From the NCBI GenBank assembly GCA_965644315.1, contig CBFFRQ010000018.1:744001-808000 (forward strand): a stretch of DNA of 64,000 bases. Direction: 5' to 3'. The stretch comes from Caecitellus pseudoparvulus (taxonomy: Eukaryota; Protista; Bigyra: Bicosoecida). Both the position numbers and the translations under genes were made by a program. How positions within the stretch are numbered: the stretch's first letter is position 1; each line of letters begins with the position of its first letter. Shown piece after piece: positions 10,589 to 22,728 of the stretch. Under the pieces are notes generated by a model. It worked only from the letters and a program-made list of their open reading frames with translations. It had not been told where the DNA came from and did no database searches.

Positions 10589-12864
10589 TCACGCAAGCTT
10601 GCTGCCCTTGCTGCCACCAGCCTTGGCGTCGCCCTCTGATGGGGAGGGGGCGGCGTCAGAGGTGTAGTACGTGCGGTTGGCGCGGGGAGGCTTCACCATG
10701 TCGTGGTGCACGAAGTGGGGCGTGGACACCATGCCGAAGCCAGCGGAGGCGCCCACCTTGGTGAAGAAGTACACCAGGGCGAGCATGCCCACACTGGCGC
10801 CGCCCACACCCCAGGCCAGCGCTGCAGGCCATGTGTCGGGCAAGGTGTTTGGGGCCAGCACGCCCCACAGGCTGCTTGGGCCTGCTGCGCTGGCCACAGC
10901 ACTGGCGGGCGTCGCTGCCCCCGCCGAGGGGGAGCCGAGGCAGGCCTGGGCAATGCCCGTGCCAACACAGACGAGGGCTGTGAACAGCAGCCCCACCCGC
11001 GCCCCGAAAGTGGCTGGCGTGACGTCACGGCGCAGGGGGGACAGCGGGGACGCCTTGCCTTCCCCGTGCCTCACCACCACAGGCGCAGGGGGGTGCGTCG
11101 TGTCTGCTGGTGATGGCTTCCACTGCGCCACGGAGGCTGGCACGGGTGCGCCCTCCATGACCGGGACGAAGCGGCCCAGGAACAGGTCCCACGCGTCCTG
11201 CGTGCGGCCGTCCTGGAAGTTTGCCAGGACGTAACGCATCAGGGAGTTCTGGCCGTCTGCCATGGCCCCTGCCGCGGTGCGCTTGCCCGTGCGGGTGAAG
11301 TCCGTCTTCAGCGCGCCCGTGCCCGAGTACAGCTTAGACATGGCGTCGGCGTGGTCAGCCCACAGCGCCTTGAAGATGCGCTCGAAGCTCTTGAAGGGGG
11401 AGCTCAGCACGTCGCCGGAGCCCCCCGCAGAGGAGGCGCCCGTGACGGCGAACAGCACAGCCCACCGTGCGAACAGGCTCTGCACGACGTTGGTGCGGTC
11501 CAAGTTGTCCATGCAGTTGGTGCGCACGACGCCGGTCTGCAGCGCAGTGACGGCGCCGCCCGTCGGGTCTTGCTTGAACACCCCGTGGCTCACCAGAGGC
11601 TCCGCGACCTGGGCCAGGAGCTTGCTCAAGTTGCCCCACTGCATGCGCTTGCACTCAGCGTGGAAGTCGAACCAGACGTGCTGCAGGTGGGGTGACGCCA
11701 GGCGGCTGGTGTGTTCCTCATACGCCTTGCCCAGGGACAGCTGGTCGCCCTTCTTGTCGATGAGGTTCACAGCGACCACCTTGCCGTACTTGGCAAACTG
11801 CTCTTGCATGTGCTGGCTGAAGAGCATCTGGGACTGGGCCTGGTTGGCGCCCAGGGCGCACTTGGGGTTGTACCGCAGGTTCACAGCTTGCGACCAGACG
11901 ACGGGGATGGAGCCGCGGGTCTGCACGAAGCTGCTCGCCTGCCCCGACTTCCACACCAGCATCTGCTCCGTCTCGACGTAGTTGGCGACGTTGCCTGCCG
12001 AGTCAATGCCGCGGACGTTGAAGCGCGTGCCTTGGCGGCGGTTGGAGCGGCGGGAGATGAGGAAGAGGTCCACGCGCTCCCCGCCCACGGACTGGGACAG
12101 GGACATCTGCACGAAGCCACAAATGCAGACGCTGAGGAAGGGCGCTGCGCCCAGCTCCACCAGCTCCGCGCACACGTGAGCGTTCCACCAGAAGCGGGGG
12201 TCAGCCCGCTGCACCTGGAGCTGCGGCGGAACGGGCGTGGCCAGGTCCACAGCAGGCGAGCCGACGGCCAAGTCACCAGGCGTCCCCAGTGCTGCCTGGC
12301 GCTGCAGGGTGTTCGTCAAGTCCCACGTGTCTGAGAAGTGCAGCGCGCCACGAGCCACGACGCTGTGCAGCATGGCCAGGTACGCCTCTTCGTCCTTCGC
12401 AGCGGCAGGGGGCAGCACGGCCGTGCTCAGGGGGATGAAGCGCAGCTTGCGGACCGTCTGCAGGCTGCCCGTGGGCCCGGGGGACTTGGCAGCCGTGGAC
12501 ACTTGCTGCACGACGGCGAGGTATGCGCCTGGGAAGGAGCGCGGCTGGTGGGTGTCACGAGGCCTGCCGTGGCATGGGCGGGGCCACGCACCTCGAAGCA
12601 GGTGAAAGACGCCGAATATGCCATGGCAGTCCACTGTCTCGAGGACTTTTCCGAGCGGGGAGGGCTCTGTAAGGGGGGGGGGGCATCAGGGCAATGCGGA
12701 AGTTGCGAAGGCTGCCTGCACAAAGCCAGCCCGAATGCACCTGTCAGGCTGCCTTGGACGGATTCACAGCCCACTTCTGTCGTGCGTTGCAAGGTGAAGC
12801 CCTCCGCGACACCCTCCTTTGTCACGAGCAGGGTGCCCTCCGTCACGTAAACGTGGGTCGACAT
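10589..12864 (-). CDS. SAC1: SAC1-family phosphoinositide phosphatase
   Basis: LISRRSNRRQGTRFNVRGID, ANYVETEQ, QTRGSIP, WFDFHAEC, catalytic RTNCMDNLDRTNVVQ (CX5R), YSGTGALKTDFTRTGKRT, and two C-terminal TM helices. Short 5' exons start at MSTHVYV. Confidence 0.95.
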
Positions 12865-13802
12865 GCCGTGAGGGTGTTGCCGCTGGAGGGAGTGAAGCTG
12901 CTGCACTGCAGCAATGCTGGCGTGAGCAGACCGCGCACACTGGGCCTTGCTTGGGCAGTCAACACTGAGCACGCAGCACCAACAGCACTGGGTGTTGATG
13001 TTTGAATGTGCAGCGGGCAGGGAACTGCCGTGCGGGCTTGCTGAACGCCTCCGCACGCGGTGCCGGAGGTCATTCCTCTGCCTCCTTGGCGCTTGCTGCG
13101 AAGGCACCAGACACGCCCCACGGCCCAGCAGGCCCCACCGGCACCCCCAAGTCGCAGCCAGAGGACAAGCTGGGCGCGACACTGCAGCACTTGCATGGTC
13201 ACCGCCTCTGCAAGGCAGGTTTCGGCCAGCCTTGCCCTGCACCTCAGCCCAGCGGCGCAAGATGGCGGCACAGAATTCTTGCTCTGCGGTTCGGGGCGCG
13301 AGCACACTTCCAGCGCGGCCCCAAAGCATAAATACACTGGACAAGAAGCCATCCTCACCAAGTACGTGTTCGGTGGCGCTGAGCATGTTGCCTCAGGCAG
13401 CCACAGGCGTCTGCCCAGGCTCGCACGGAGTCGCGTTTCGTATCCTCACGGATGAAACGCGACGTTTGCATGGCACTGTGCACGCTTCCCACTGCCCCCT
13501 CTGCAGTGCAGACACGCGCAAGTTGGACAAAGCCAACCATAGTATCCAAGCACACTGCCCACTGTCGGCGTGGGTTGGATCTGACCTCGCAAGGTCGCTC
13601 GTGAGTGACACGTCCCCTCTGACTCCAGCTTCTGTCCATCACTTGCCCCACTCAGCGCTTGCGACAACGGAGAAAAGCCCGCCAGCACATGGGCAAAGGA
13701 GCTTTGGCTGTACAGCACCTTTTACTCCTTTGCGCTCCTTCCCTTGCAGGCCCCACTGCGGCAGCGGAGGAGGTTTCCCCGCTTCGCTCAAGCAGTCTCA
13801 CG

Positions 13803-16208
13803 ATGCCGCTGCGCCCAGCAACACATCAAGCAGCTGAAGGCGACGCCAGACTGGAAGCAGAAGCACAGCAGCTTGCAACGGAAGGTTTGCAGCTGCGGAG
13901 CACTGCGGGGGAAGGTGACTCGCCAAGTGGCACCCTCATGTGCACTGCCGCAGGCGTGCCAGGAGCAACCCCCTCACTGCCGATGCGCGGTCGAGGCGGC
14001 TGCGGTGCGCCGGGGCACCCGCTGTCACCAGGCCCAGACCATGCAAGTGTGGATGAATGCTTGCAAGAAGGTGCAGGCTCGTCGCAGGCTCCCGAGCGCC
14101 AGGAGGGCCGCGTTGCCAGCTGCCCGTCGCAGGAGCGCCTGGAGGGTGCATTCAACTCCCCGTTTCTGCGCTTGGGCGGCAGCCCGGAGGCCCAGCGCGA
14201 GCTCGCCTTCACTCCATGCCTGGTCTTTTCCTGGGACAGCCCCAAGCCCCTGCTGTCCCCGCAGCCCCTCAAGCCATGGGACTGGGACAAGGAGTCCAAG
14301 CCGCACTCCATTCTCTGGCGCAGCCATCCCTGCGCAGCCAGCGACCCGGCGCCTCCCACAGTTGCCTTCCCCGTCACCACCAGCCTCGTGGACCCTGCCC
14401 CCCCCCTCGACAGCACCAGCACCAGCACCAGCCCAGCAAGTCCGTCGCCACCCCAGCCCGCCCGGCAGCGCAAGCGCTCCCGTTCAGCCGGCATGCCGCG
14501 TCGCTTCCTGAAGGACATGGAGCTGCCAGCGACGCCCTGCCCCACTGGCAAGCGCAGGCGCCGCAAACAGGCGCGACCAGAGAGCCTGCATGGTACGGGG
14601 GATGTGCCGTGCGCACCCCCCCCGCCGCCCCCCCTGCCCAGCAGCCAGACTGGCCAGCTGACGCCGGGGGCACCGCCCCGCCTGGCTTTGGGCGAAGTGC
14701 TCGCGCCTCCGCCTGCCGCACAGCGGGTGGGGCCGGCCATTGCCCTGGCCAAGCCACCCACGCGCCACAGCACGGGGGGGCTGTCTGGTTGCCTTGCCTC
14801 CCGCCCCCCCCGGCAACCCCTCAGGCGCGGCAGGGCCAGCAGCTTCGCGGAGCTGTCGCAGTTCACGGCGGGGCAGGGCGCACGCAAGGCGACGGGACAG
14901 GGTGTGCCCCTGCCGCCCTCCACGCCCATGCGGGCTCTGCGCGCGGCAGGCATGCCGCTCAGTGCCCCGCCCCTCCCCGGCCGGGAGAGGGCCATGTCCT
15001 GCTCCGCCCTGCCCACCAAGGCGTCCCCCTTGCTGCCCCTGTCCATATCCGACTTGCGGGCCAGCATGCCCACTGCTTCACCTGCGCCAGCAAGTGCCGC
15101 AGGTGTGGCGATGGGGGGGGCCCTGCGAGGCATGTTGGGGCAGCCGCTGCACCTGGCCCGCCGCCACGTGCAGACATCCCCCATGGCCGCCGATGTCATG
15201 TCTGTGAGCAGCGACAGCGGCGACGAAGGCGCTTCGGGTGGCTTGGGGCCTGCTGGCCGCATGGTGGCGACGCCCTTCACGCAGGAGCCCGGTGGCGTGG
15301 CGCCGTCCCCTGCCGGCAACCTGGCGGCTGCTCCGCTGCCCGCCGGCCGCCACGCCACCGAGTGGGACACCGACTCAGACGAAGGCGGCGCAGAGGTGTC
15401 CCCTCACGTGCTCAGCACCTCGGGGCCGCATCCTCCCGCCATCGTCGCCACGCCGGGCCTCGCGCCCCAGGCAGCTCCCACGGCTGTGGTGCCGCCTGTT
15501 CTGGGCGAGGCAGACTCGCCTCGCTCTGCAGCAGCACAGCAGGCAGGGGAGGCCCCACCGCAGTCTAAGGGCAGCGGCGGTTCGCCCCTCCCTGAGCTGT
15601 CAGCGCCCACGCCCAGCATCGGCGGGGGCGCACCTGCTTCCTGGGCAGGCACGCCAGCCGGCTCGCCGGGCAGCCTGCCTTCCCCTGTGCGCGAGCCAGA
15701 AAAGGAAGCTGATGCAGCCAAGCCGCGAGTGCTGGACTTGCCTGGTCTCCAGGAAACCCTGCGCCGAGCAGAGAGCCTGCTGGAGCCGGCGATGAACCTG
15801 CTCGGTTCCGCTGCCAGCCGCATCGACGCTGCGACGGAGGGTGGAAGCTGCGGCTCAAGTGGCTCGACATCCTCCACGTGTGGGGCGGGTGATGCGGATG
15901 CACTGGCGCAGGAGTTCGTGGCCTCCGCCACGGCCCTGTCCACTTGGCAGGCAGGCGCCTCGGCCGTCGTGCAGGCGGTGTCGCAGCTGGCCCACGCTGG
16001 CATCCTGACCGGCGACCATGAGGCCGACGCCCGACGTGCACAGGCGTCAGGACACGCCCTCGTCGTCCTGCGGGCCTTGCTCACGGCGCAGCAGCTGGCG
16101 AGGCGGGTGGCAGAGCTGTCCACGTCGCAGGCAGAGGAGCGGGACGGACCACGTGTGGAGCCGACTCCTGGCAGGCGCAGGAGGCGCAGTCGCAGGCGTG
16201 CTTCTTGA
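13803..16208 (+). CDS. Hypothetical Pro/Ala/Ser-rich, largely disordered protein with helical C-terminus
   Basis: Long uninterrupted ORF with basic clusters (RQRKRSR, KRRRRK); no domain recognised. Confidence 0.5.
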   Translation: MPLRPATHQAAEGDARLEAEAQQLATEGLQLRSTAGEGDSPSGTLMCTAAGVPGATPSLPMRGRGGCGAPGHPLSPGPDHASVDECLQEGAGSSQAPERQEGRVASCPSQERLEGAFNSPFLRLGGSPEAQRELAFTPCLVFSWDSPKPLLSPQPLKPWDWDKESKPHSILWRSHPCAASDPAPPTVAFPVTTSLVDPAPPLDSTSTSTSPASPSPPQPARQRKRSRSAGMPRRFLKDMELPATPCPTGKRRRRKQARPESLHGTGDVPCAPPPPPPLPSSQTGQLTPGAPPRLALGEVLAPPPAAQRVGPAIALAKPPTRHSTGGLSGCLASRPPRQPLRRGRASSFAELSQFTAGQGARKATGQGVPLPPSTPMRALRAAGMPLSAPPLPGRERAMSCSALPTKASPLLPLSISDLRASMPTASPAPASAAGVAMGGALRGMLGQPLHLARRHVQTSPMAADVMSVSSDSGDEGASGGLGPAGRMVATPFTQEPGGVAPSPAGNLAAAPLPAGRHATEWDTDSDEGGAEVSPHVLSTSGPHPPAIVATPGLAPQAAPTAVVPPVLGEADSPRSAAAQQAGEAPPQSKGSGGSPLPELSAPTPSIGGGAPASWAGTPAGSPGSLPSPVREPEKEADAAKPRVLDLPGLQETLRRAESLLEPAMNLLGSAASRIDAATEGGSCGSSGSTSSTCGAGDADALAQEFVASATALSTWQAGASAVVQAVSQLAHAGILTGDHEADARRAQASGHALVVLRALLTAQQLARRVAELSTSQAEERDGPRVEPTPGRRRRRSRRRAS

Positions 16209-16503
16209 GGCCCTAAGCGAGCCCAGTCAGGCCGGCGTGACCCCCATCTGGTCGTGCCTGCCCACTCCTCCTGTGCAAGGGGGTGTTGGGCGTGCCGGTG
16301 CCGGAGTCTGCAGTGAGCGTTGCGGCTCACACTTGCTTGAGCCGCCAATGCAGACGGTGCACACGAGCAATTGTAACGTTCACGCCTTTTGCGACCGCTG
16401 TGCTGCGTGTGCTGGGAACTTGCGGCGAGAAGCTGGCCATTAGAGTCGGTGTGGGCTCGATTTCCGCACCATTCAAACCCCCCCTTGTTCACATCAGAGC
16501 AAG

Positions 16504-17357
16504 ATGTGAGAGCAGCGCGACCGCAGTCCGCCTTGAAGTAGACACCCCACAGGAATTATCATCCCTGTGCTCCTCAGGTGGGCTCAGCGCAGCTTGAGTT
16601 GCAGGCTGCCCCTGCTGGCCGTCGCGTGAGTTCGCTGCCACTGGCGTGCTTTGCCTCCCTGCATTGCAGCACCGAACCGCGTGATGCGCGTCTCAGGGCC
16701 CCAAGCTTGGCTTTCAGCACCGTGGCATGCGAGCCGCACACCAACCGGAACACAAGCTCCTTGGCAGCGGCGTTAGCTGCAAGGAGCGCGCCGGTGGCTG
16801 CAGCCTCCACTCCCAGCCAAGCCTCGGCCTTCCCCAGCGCCGTCAGGGAGCACGCCTTTGCTGAGATGCTGTCGACCGCGCTGGCGCCCTTGGGCGGTGG
16901 TTGGCACCAGCGCCTCTCCGCGGAAATTCAAGACCCGCGCCTGGGCGGCGTGGTGGGTGCGGAGTTCAGGCGGCAAGGAGCCGCCACGCTGCCCTTTGAC
17001 GCCGCTGTGGCGGTGTACGACTACATTCATGCTACCTACGCCGTGCCTTTGGTCCGACGCGTGACGCAGCGCACCATCAAAGTGCCCCTGGTGTCGAAAG
17101 ACACCCTGCTGGCGTGGCGTGCCCAGTATGGCGCAAGCAGCGAAGCGTCTGTGACTCCTGAAGAAGTGCTGTTCTGGGTGCAGTACACAGTGGTGGGGGC
17201 CTGCAGGCAGGCATACACGCCGACGGACGAGGCCCGGGAGAACCCCCTTGCCCTGCTGTGGAACGGAGACAGCCACCAGGGCACCTTCGCCTTGGTGGCT
17301 TCTGCTCTTGTGCTGGTGTCCTTCCTCGCCCGAATGAAGCGCCTGAGCGGCGGCTAG
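16504..17357 (+). CDS. Hypothetical protein with C-terminal TM helix and presequence-like N-terminus; start codon predicted to be split by an intron
   Basis: AT|GTGAGA...CCTCAG|G (intron 16506-16577) gives MWAQRSLSCRLPLLAVA. A second intron, 16626-16696, joins it to the 259-aa ORF ending FALVASALVLVSFLARMKR. Confidence 0.5.
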
Positions 17358-17423
17358 TGGTGCGGGTCAGGCAGGGACGGTGGAAACATGCCAGTGCCCA
17401 GCGCAGCGTGGCCTGTGCGGGGC

Positions 17424-18757
17424 TTAGGGCCGAGCAGGCACGGCGCTGGCGTTGCGGAATCGCGTGACAGCCTCCTGCTGTGCCGTGCGGGCTCGTGCGG
17501 CCTGCAGGCGCGCCTCCTGCGCCTCCCACTGCGCCTCCTGCAGCTGCCTGCGCAAATTGGCCACTGTGCTGGCCAGCAGTGGGCTGGGGGTGTCAGCCGC
17601 GTCGCTCTCTTGGAACAGGCGGCGGACGGCCTGGCTGCAGCTGCCGCCTCGCCACTGGGGGGGGGAGGCGTCCCAGGGCGAAGGGGGCGCCTCGGCGGAT
17701 CCAGGGGGTGAAGCACTACGCATCTCCTCGCCGCTTGAGGTGACACTGCTGTTGCCGAGGCGTCTGTGTGGTGTCGGGGGGGTGCTCTCGCCTGCACTGG
17801 GCGGCAGGGGCATCGGGCGAGTTGGCCCGGTGAAGCGTGGCAGGCGGCTGCCAGGAATGCACCCCCGCGGCGATGACCGCCGAGTGGGCTTGGGTGCACT
17901 TGCTGAGGGGCGAGGGCGGGTGCGGGGCACGTGGCGTTGCGTTGGGGGAGTTGAGGGCACGGCTGCCGTTGCCCTCGAAGCCTGGTCCAGTGCGAGTCGC
18001 AGCTGGGCTGCCTCTGCCTGGGCTTGTTTGGCGCAGTCAAGAGCCCTGTACTTCTCCTGTGTAGATGGGTAAGTGCAGGGGCGATTGAGGCGGGCCCAGC
18101 AGGCACCGGCGCTGAGTTGCAAGGTACCTTTTCCATCACAGCCGCATGCCGGCTGTGCTGCGCCACGGCGGCTTGTTCAAGCTCCAGCGACGACTTCAGT
18201 CTTTGAATAGACTCCAAAGCAGCGCTCTTCTCTTTCTTGGTCAGTTGAAGGTCCCGTTCCAGCTGCCAGGCAGCGGGCGCGAGTCGTGCGGCCTGGCGTT
18301 ACGGCTGTAACGCTGCCGTGCACCTCACCTGTCGTTGGCGGCTCGCATTCTGCGCGACTTCAGCATCCAGCTTGGCAACTAGTTGGGAAAGCTGCTGCTG
18401 CATGCTTTGCATCTTCCGCTTTGCTGCTTTTAACTCGCCTCGCTCCCTTTCCAGCTCTTGCTCCGCAGCCAGACGAGCCTCCTTCTCGCTCGTAAGTGTG
18501 GCTTGGTGCTCCAGCGCCTGCTTTCGTAACCCCTCAACTAAGTCGTGCAGAGACCCTGCCTTGTGTTCGGATATGCCGAGCTCTTCCTGGGCTGCACGGA
18601 GGCTGTCTTGCAACACCTGCTCCGTCCGTTCGTAGCGTCGCAGGCGGGCAGCCAGCTGGGCCGCTTCACCGCTGGTGCTGCGCAGACGGGCATTGGCCTC
18701 GTCCAATGCGCCTCTCAGGGCGAGAACAGGGCCTCCGATGGACACTTGGACGGGCAT
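17424..18757 (-). CDS. Coiled-coil protein, 3 exons
   Basis: Heptad-rich E/Q/L/K/R segments in three minus-strand ORFs, separated by GT-AG intron-like gaps near 18330-18265 and 18127-18058. Confidence 0.6.
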
Positions 18758-19149
18758 GGTGAGGCTGCTGCGTTGCGGCTTGGCGAGCAGCAAGCAGGTG
18801 GGAGGGAGATGCTCAGCAGCGCGCTGGCTGCGGCAGGCTGCCAGTGCCTGGGTGGGCTCAATGTCAAGCCAGCTTCCTCGAGGGCCTTGGGGGGCATGTG
18901 AATTGCCGTGGCGAGCAGCTCTGCGCTGTGTGCTGGGGGGGGGTGCGAAGCACTCCAAGCGTGTTGCGGCGCCCCAAGGCTACCTCTGCCATACACCAGA
19001 TATCCAGGCAGCGACGCACGCTTCACACACCTGCACCCTTCGCATCCCCTCAGACACCCGACTTGGCTGCCACGCCGGCGACAGCTGCACCGACTGCTGC
19101 GACCGTTGCAGACCACCCGCATCCTGCGACGGCACGACGTACGAACACC

Positions 19150-19608
19150 ATGGCAACAGCAGCTGTTGCTCGAGGAGCCATCCAAGGCACCATTAAGGCT
19201 GGTGCCGCGCGTGGCGCGCTGGCTGTGGGTGACTGGGCGTCCTGGACGCGGACGTTTGAGATGGCTCACGTGCAGGAGTTCGCCAGGCTGAGTGGGGACG
19301 ACAATCCCGTGCACCTGGACGCCGAGTATGCTGCAGGGACGCGATTCGGACGCCCCATAGTGCATGGCATGCTGTATGGGAGCATGATCGGGACTATGTT
19401 CGGCGCAGAGGTGCCGGGGTCCATTTACCTGTCTCAGGAGTTCAATTTCCGCAAGCCAGTGTTTGTTGGGGACACTGTCACGGCCCGCATTGAAGTCATT
19501 GCAGCGCGGGCCAAGCCGCACATCGTGACGTGTGCGACGTCTGTAGTCACACAGGAGGGCGTGGAGGCGATGGGCGGCGAGGCGCGCGTGCTCATTCTGC
19601 GTGCGTGA
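19150..19608 (+). CDS. MaoC/PhaJ-like (R)-hydroxyacyl-thioester dehydratase (HTD2-like)
   Basis: FARLSGDDNPVHLD...FGRPIVHGML, PGSIYLSQEFNFRKPVFVGDTV: hot-dog hydratase motif. Confidence 0.92.
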   Translation: MATAAVARGAIQGTIKAGAARGALAVGDWASWTRTFEMAHVQEFARLSGDDNPVHLDAEYAAGTRFGRPIVHGMLYGSMIGTMFGAEVPGSIYLSQEFNFRKPVFVGDTVTARIEVIAARAKPHIVTCATSVVTQEGVEAMGGEARVLILRA

Positions 19609-19662
19609 GGGCACTGGTGCATTCAGCAAGGCAGCGCTCTGTGGGGCACTGGCGCGGGCAGC

Positions 19663-21557
19663 CTACATGCGGAAGACACCAAAAGGCGCCTCCTTGGGGC
19701 TGGGCGCGTTGAGGGCGGCGGACATCTCCAGCCCCAGCACGTGGCGTGTGGCGGCGGGGTCGATGATGCCGTCGTCCCACAGGCGCGCCGTGGAGTAATA
19801 CGCGCTGCCCTGCGTCTCGTACTGGGCCCGGATGGGCGCCTTGAACGCCTCCTCCTCCTCTGCCGTCCAGGCCTCGCCGCGGGCCTCCTTGTTGTCTCGC
19901 TGGATGGTGGACAGCACGCTGGAGGCCTGCTCGCCGCCCATGACGCCGATCTTAGCGTTGGGCCACATGTGCATGAAGCGGGGGGAGTACGCCCGGCCAC
20001 ACATGCCGTAGTTGCCAGCGCCGAAGGAGCCGCCGATGACGGTGGTGAACTTGGGCACTGTCGCGCAGGCCACTGCCATGACGAGCTTGGCGCCATCCTT
20101 GGCGATGCCGCCCGTCTCCGCCGCCTTGCCCACCATGAAGCCGGTGATGTTCTGCAGGAACAGCAGGGGGATGCCGCGCTGGTTGCACAGCTCAATGAAG
20201 TGGGCGCCCTTCTTGGCCGACTCGGAGAAGAGGATGCCGTTGTTGGCGACGATGCCGACGGGCATGCCCCACACGCGGGAGAAGCCGCACACCAGCGTGT
20301 CTCCGTACATCGCCTTGAACTCGTCAAAGCGGGAGCCGTCCACGATGCGTGCGATGGCGGCGCGCACGTCGAAGGTCTTCTTGGGGTCCATCGGCACGAT
20401 GCCGCGCAGCTCGGTGGGGTCGTACAGGGGTGCCTCCACATCCGCGAGGCTGGTCGCGGCGACCTTGGTGCCATTCAGATTGGCGAGCACCCGGCGTGCG
20501 ATGGCCAATGCGTGGGCGTCGTTGTTGGCGTAGTGGTCTGTCACGCCGCTCTGGCGGCAATGCACGTCGGCGCCGCCCAGGTCCTCAGCGGACACCACCT
20601 CCCCCGTCGCTGCCTTCACGAGGGGGGGTCCGCCCAGGAAGATGGTGCCGTTGCCTCGCACGATGATGGACTCGTCGGACATGGCGGGGACGTACGCGCC
20701 GCCGGCAGTGCAGGAGCCCATGACCACGGCGATCTGGGGGATGCCTGCCGCAGACATGTTGGCCTGGTTGTAGAAGATGCGGCCGAAGTGCTCCTTGTCG
20801 GGGAAGACCTCGTCTTGCTTGGGCAGGAAGGCGCCGCCCGAGTCCACCATGTACACGCACGGCAGGCGGTTCTGCGCCGCGATCTCCTGCGCACGCAGGT
20901 GCTTCTTCACCGTGATGGGGTAGTACGTGCCGCCCTTCACCGTCGCGTCGTTGGCGACGATCATGACTTCCTGCCCCTGCACCCGGCCGATGCCCGTGAT
21001 GACGCCGCCGGAGGGCACAGAGTCTTCGTACAGCTTGTGCCCTGCAAGAGGGGACAGCTCCAAGAAGGGGCTGCCTTCATCCAGCAGCTGGTTGATGCGC
21101 TCACGGGGCAGCAGCTTGCCACGGGCCTTGTGCTTCTCCTGGGCGCGGGGGCCTCCGCCTGTGCATGTGGAGGGGCAGTGCCGCTGCCACAAAGCAAGCC
21201 GCGCACGCCGCCGCAGCACGCACCTGCTGCGGCCGTGTCCATCGTCTCCCGCAACTCAGCCAGCAGCACCTCCATGTCCTCGTAGTTCTTCTGCGGGGGC
21301 CAGGCAGCGTGCATCGCCGTGTGAGGTGTGTGTGCGACACAGCGTCTTCCTTGTTGCAAGTGCACTGCACCTGCGTCTTTCGCTCAGCGCCCGCGCCGTA
21401 CCTTGTACTCGTCGCTGCGGGTGTCCACGCCCGAAGGCAGGACACCCAGCTCCGTGGACATGCATCTCGCCGCAAGCGCTGCCCGTTGCAGGGATCGGGC
21501 GCCGGATGCAGCGGCTGACGCCGCTCGTGCCAGGCCGGTGGCAGTCCTGAAAGCCAT
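19663..21557 (-). CDS. MCCC2: 3-methylcrotonyl-CoA carboxylase beta subunit, mitochondrial
   Basis: [84 protein letters not shown]-terminus. Presequence exon starts at [11 protein letters not shown]. Confidence 0.97.
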
Positions 21558-22088
21558 GCCAGTGACGTGGTGTGCGGGACCAGCGGAAGACTCGCGTAGA
21601 AGGCTCAGACAGCTGAAGGCAGCCCAGGTGGGAGGCATGGTGCGTGGTGGTTTGAAATGTGCAACTGCGTGGCTGCCCTCTTCTGCCCGACGCGGGAACG
21701 CGTCGCGGAGAAGCGACTCGTCAGCGCTGTGTGCTGTTGCGCCCGGGGCGCCCGAAGCAGCAGGGCACAGCGCGCTCGCCGCGCAGCGACCCAGCAGGTT
21801 GCTCACCGTGCCAGTTTTGGGCGCTGTCACCCACTAGGTGCCCAAATCCAGGCGTCGCTTGCTGCACGGGGGGGTGGAAGGCCGGTGTGCGGAATGCCAG
21901 TTTGAGCCACAGGTGGCTGCAGCCTAGCGCCTGTGACTCCCCACCTTTCCCCAACGAGGCGCTTAGAAGGTTGCATTTGAATAATGCACTCACGATGCTG
22001 ATTGAGTAAATACACGCTTCGGGCCACAGCCCCTCAGCAGACGCTGCAGGGGCAGTGGGGGCTCCACACGGCAGGTCCTGCCGCAGCG

Positions 22089-22728
22089 CTACATCGCCCA
22101 GGGACTGCGGGCTCGGCGCTCATTCCTCCATGCCTGCACGACCGCTGCGAGGTACATGGATGTCAGCTGCTCGTCGCCATAGTGCCATGCGACAGCAGCT
22201 CCGGCTGCCATCGGGTGCGTGGCCATGTGGGCTGGCAGCCCAGCTTGTTGGCACAGCAGCTCCGCTGTGCTGGGCTCGGGGGTCTGCATGGGGGGAGTGG
22301 AGGCGACTTGTGCACGGGGCTCAGGCATTGTAGTGCGTGGCCGGCACGCCCAGGCGCGGGCTGCGCCGACTGCGCTTCACGCAAGTGCTGCTGCTGCTGC
22401 AGAGCCAACTCGATGCCCCGCCGCCTGCTTCCGCAGGGGCAGCTGCACCTACCCCCCAAGCAGCGCAGGCGATGCAGCAGGAGGGGGGAGCACAAGACAG
22501 GGGAGACGAAACAGTACAAGTGAAAGACCTGGGCCGGCTCAGCTTGCCGGCCGGCACTCGCGGCGCCCGTGGGCGCGTCGTTTGCGCACGCACCTCATGA
22601 TGCCATTCCTCCTCATCTTCCGGGCTGACACCTTCCGAGTCAAGGTTCACAGGCACTCCCCACCATGGTACCTGTCTTCCATGTTCATGCTCCATGACTG
22701 CTGTTTCACTGCTGCTCATGTTTGCCAT
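22089..22728 (-). CDS. Possible small spliced hypothetical protein
   Basis: MANMSSSE...EEEWHHE then a GTGCGT donor, joinable to TPEPSTAELL...SPWAM*. Exon structure ambiguous; no domain. Confidence 0.25.

Noticed and set aside
19150-21557. MaoC-MCCC2 as a leucine-catabolism pair
   Set aside because: The hydratase of that pathway is crotonase-fold, not MaoC, and the genes are convergent.
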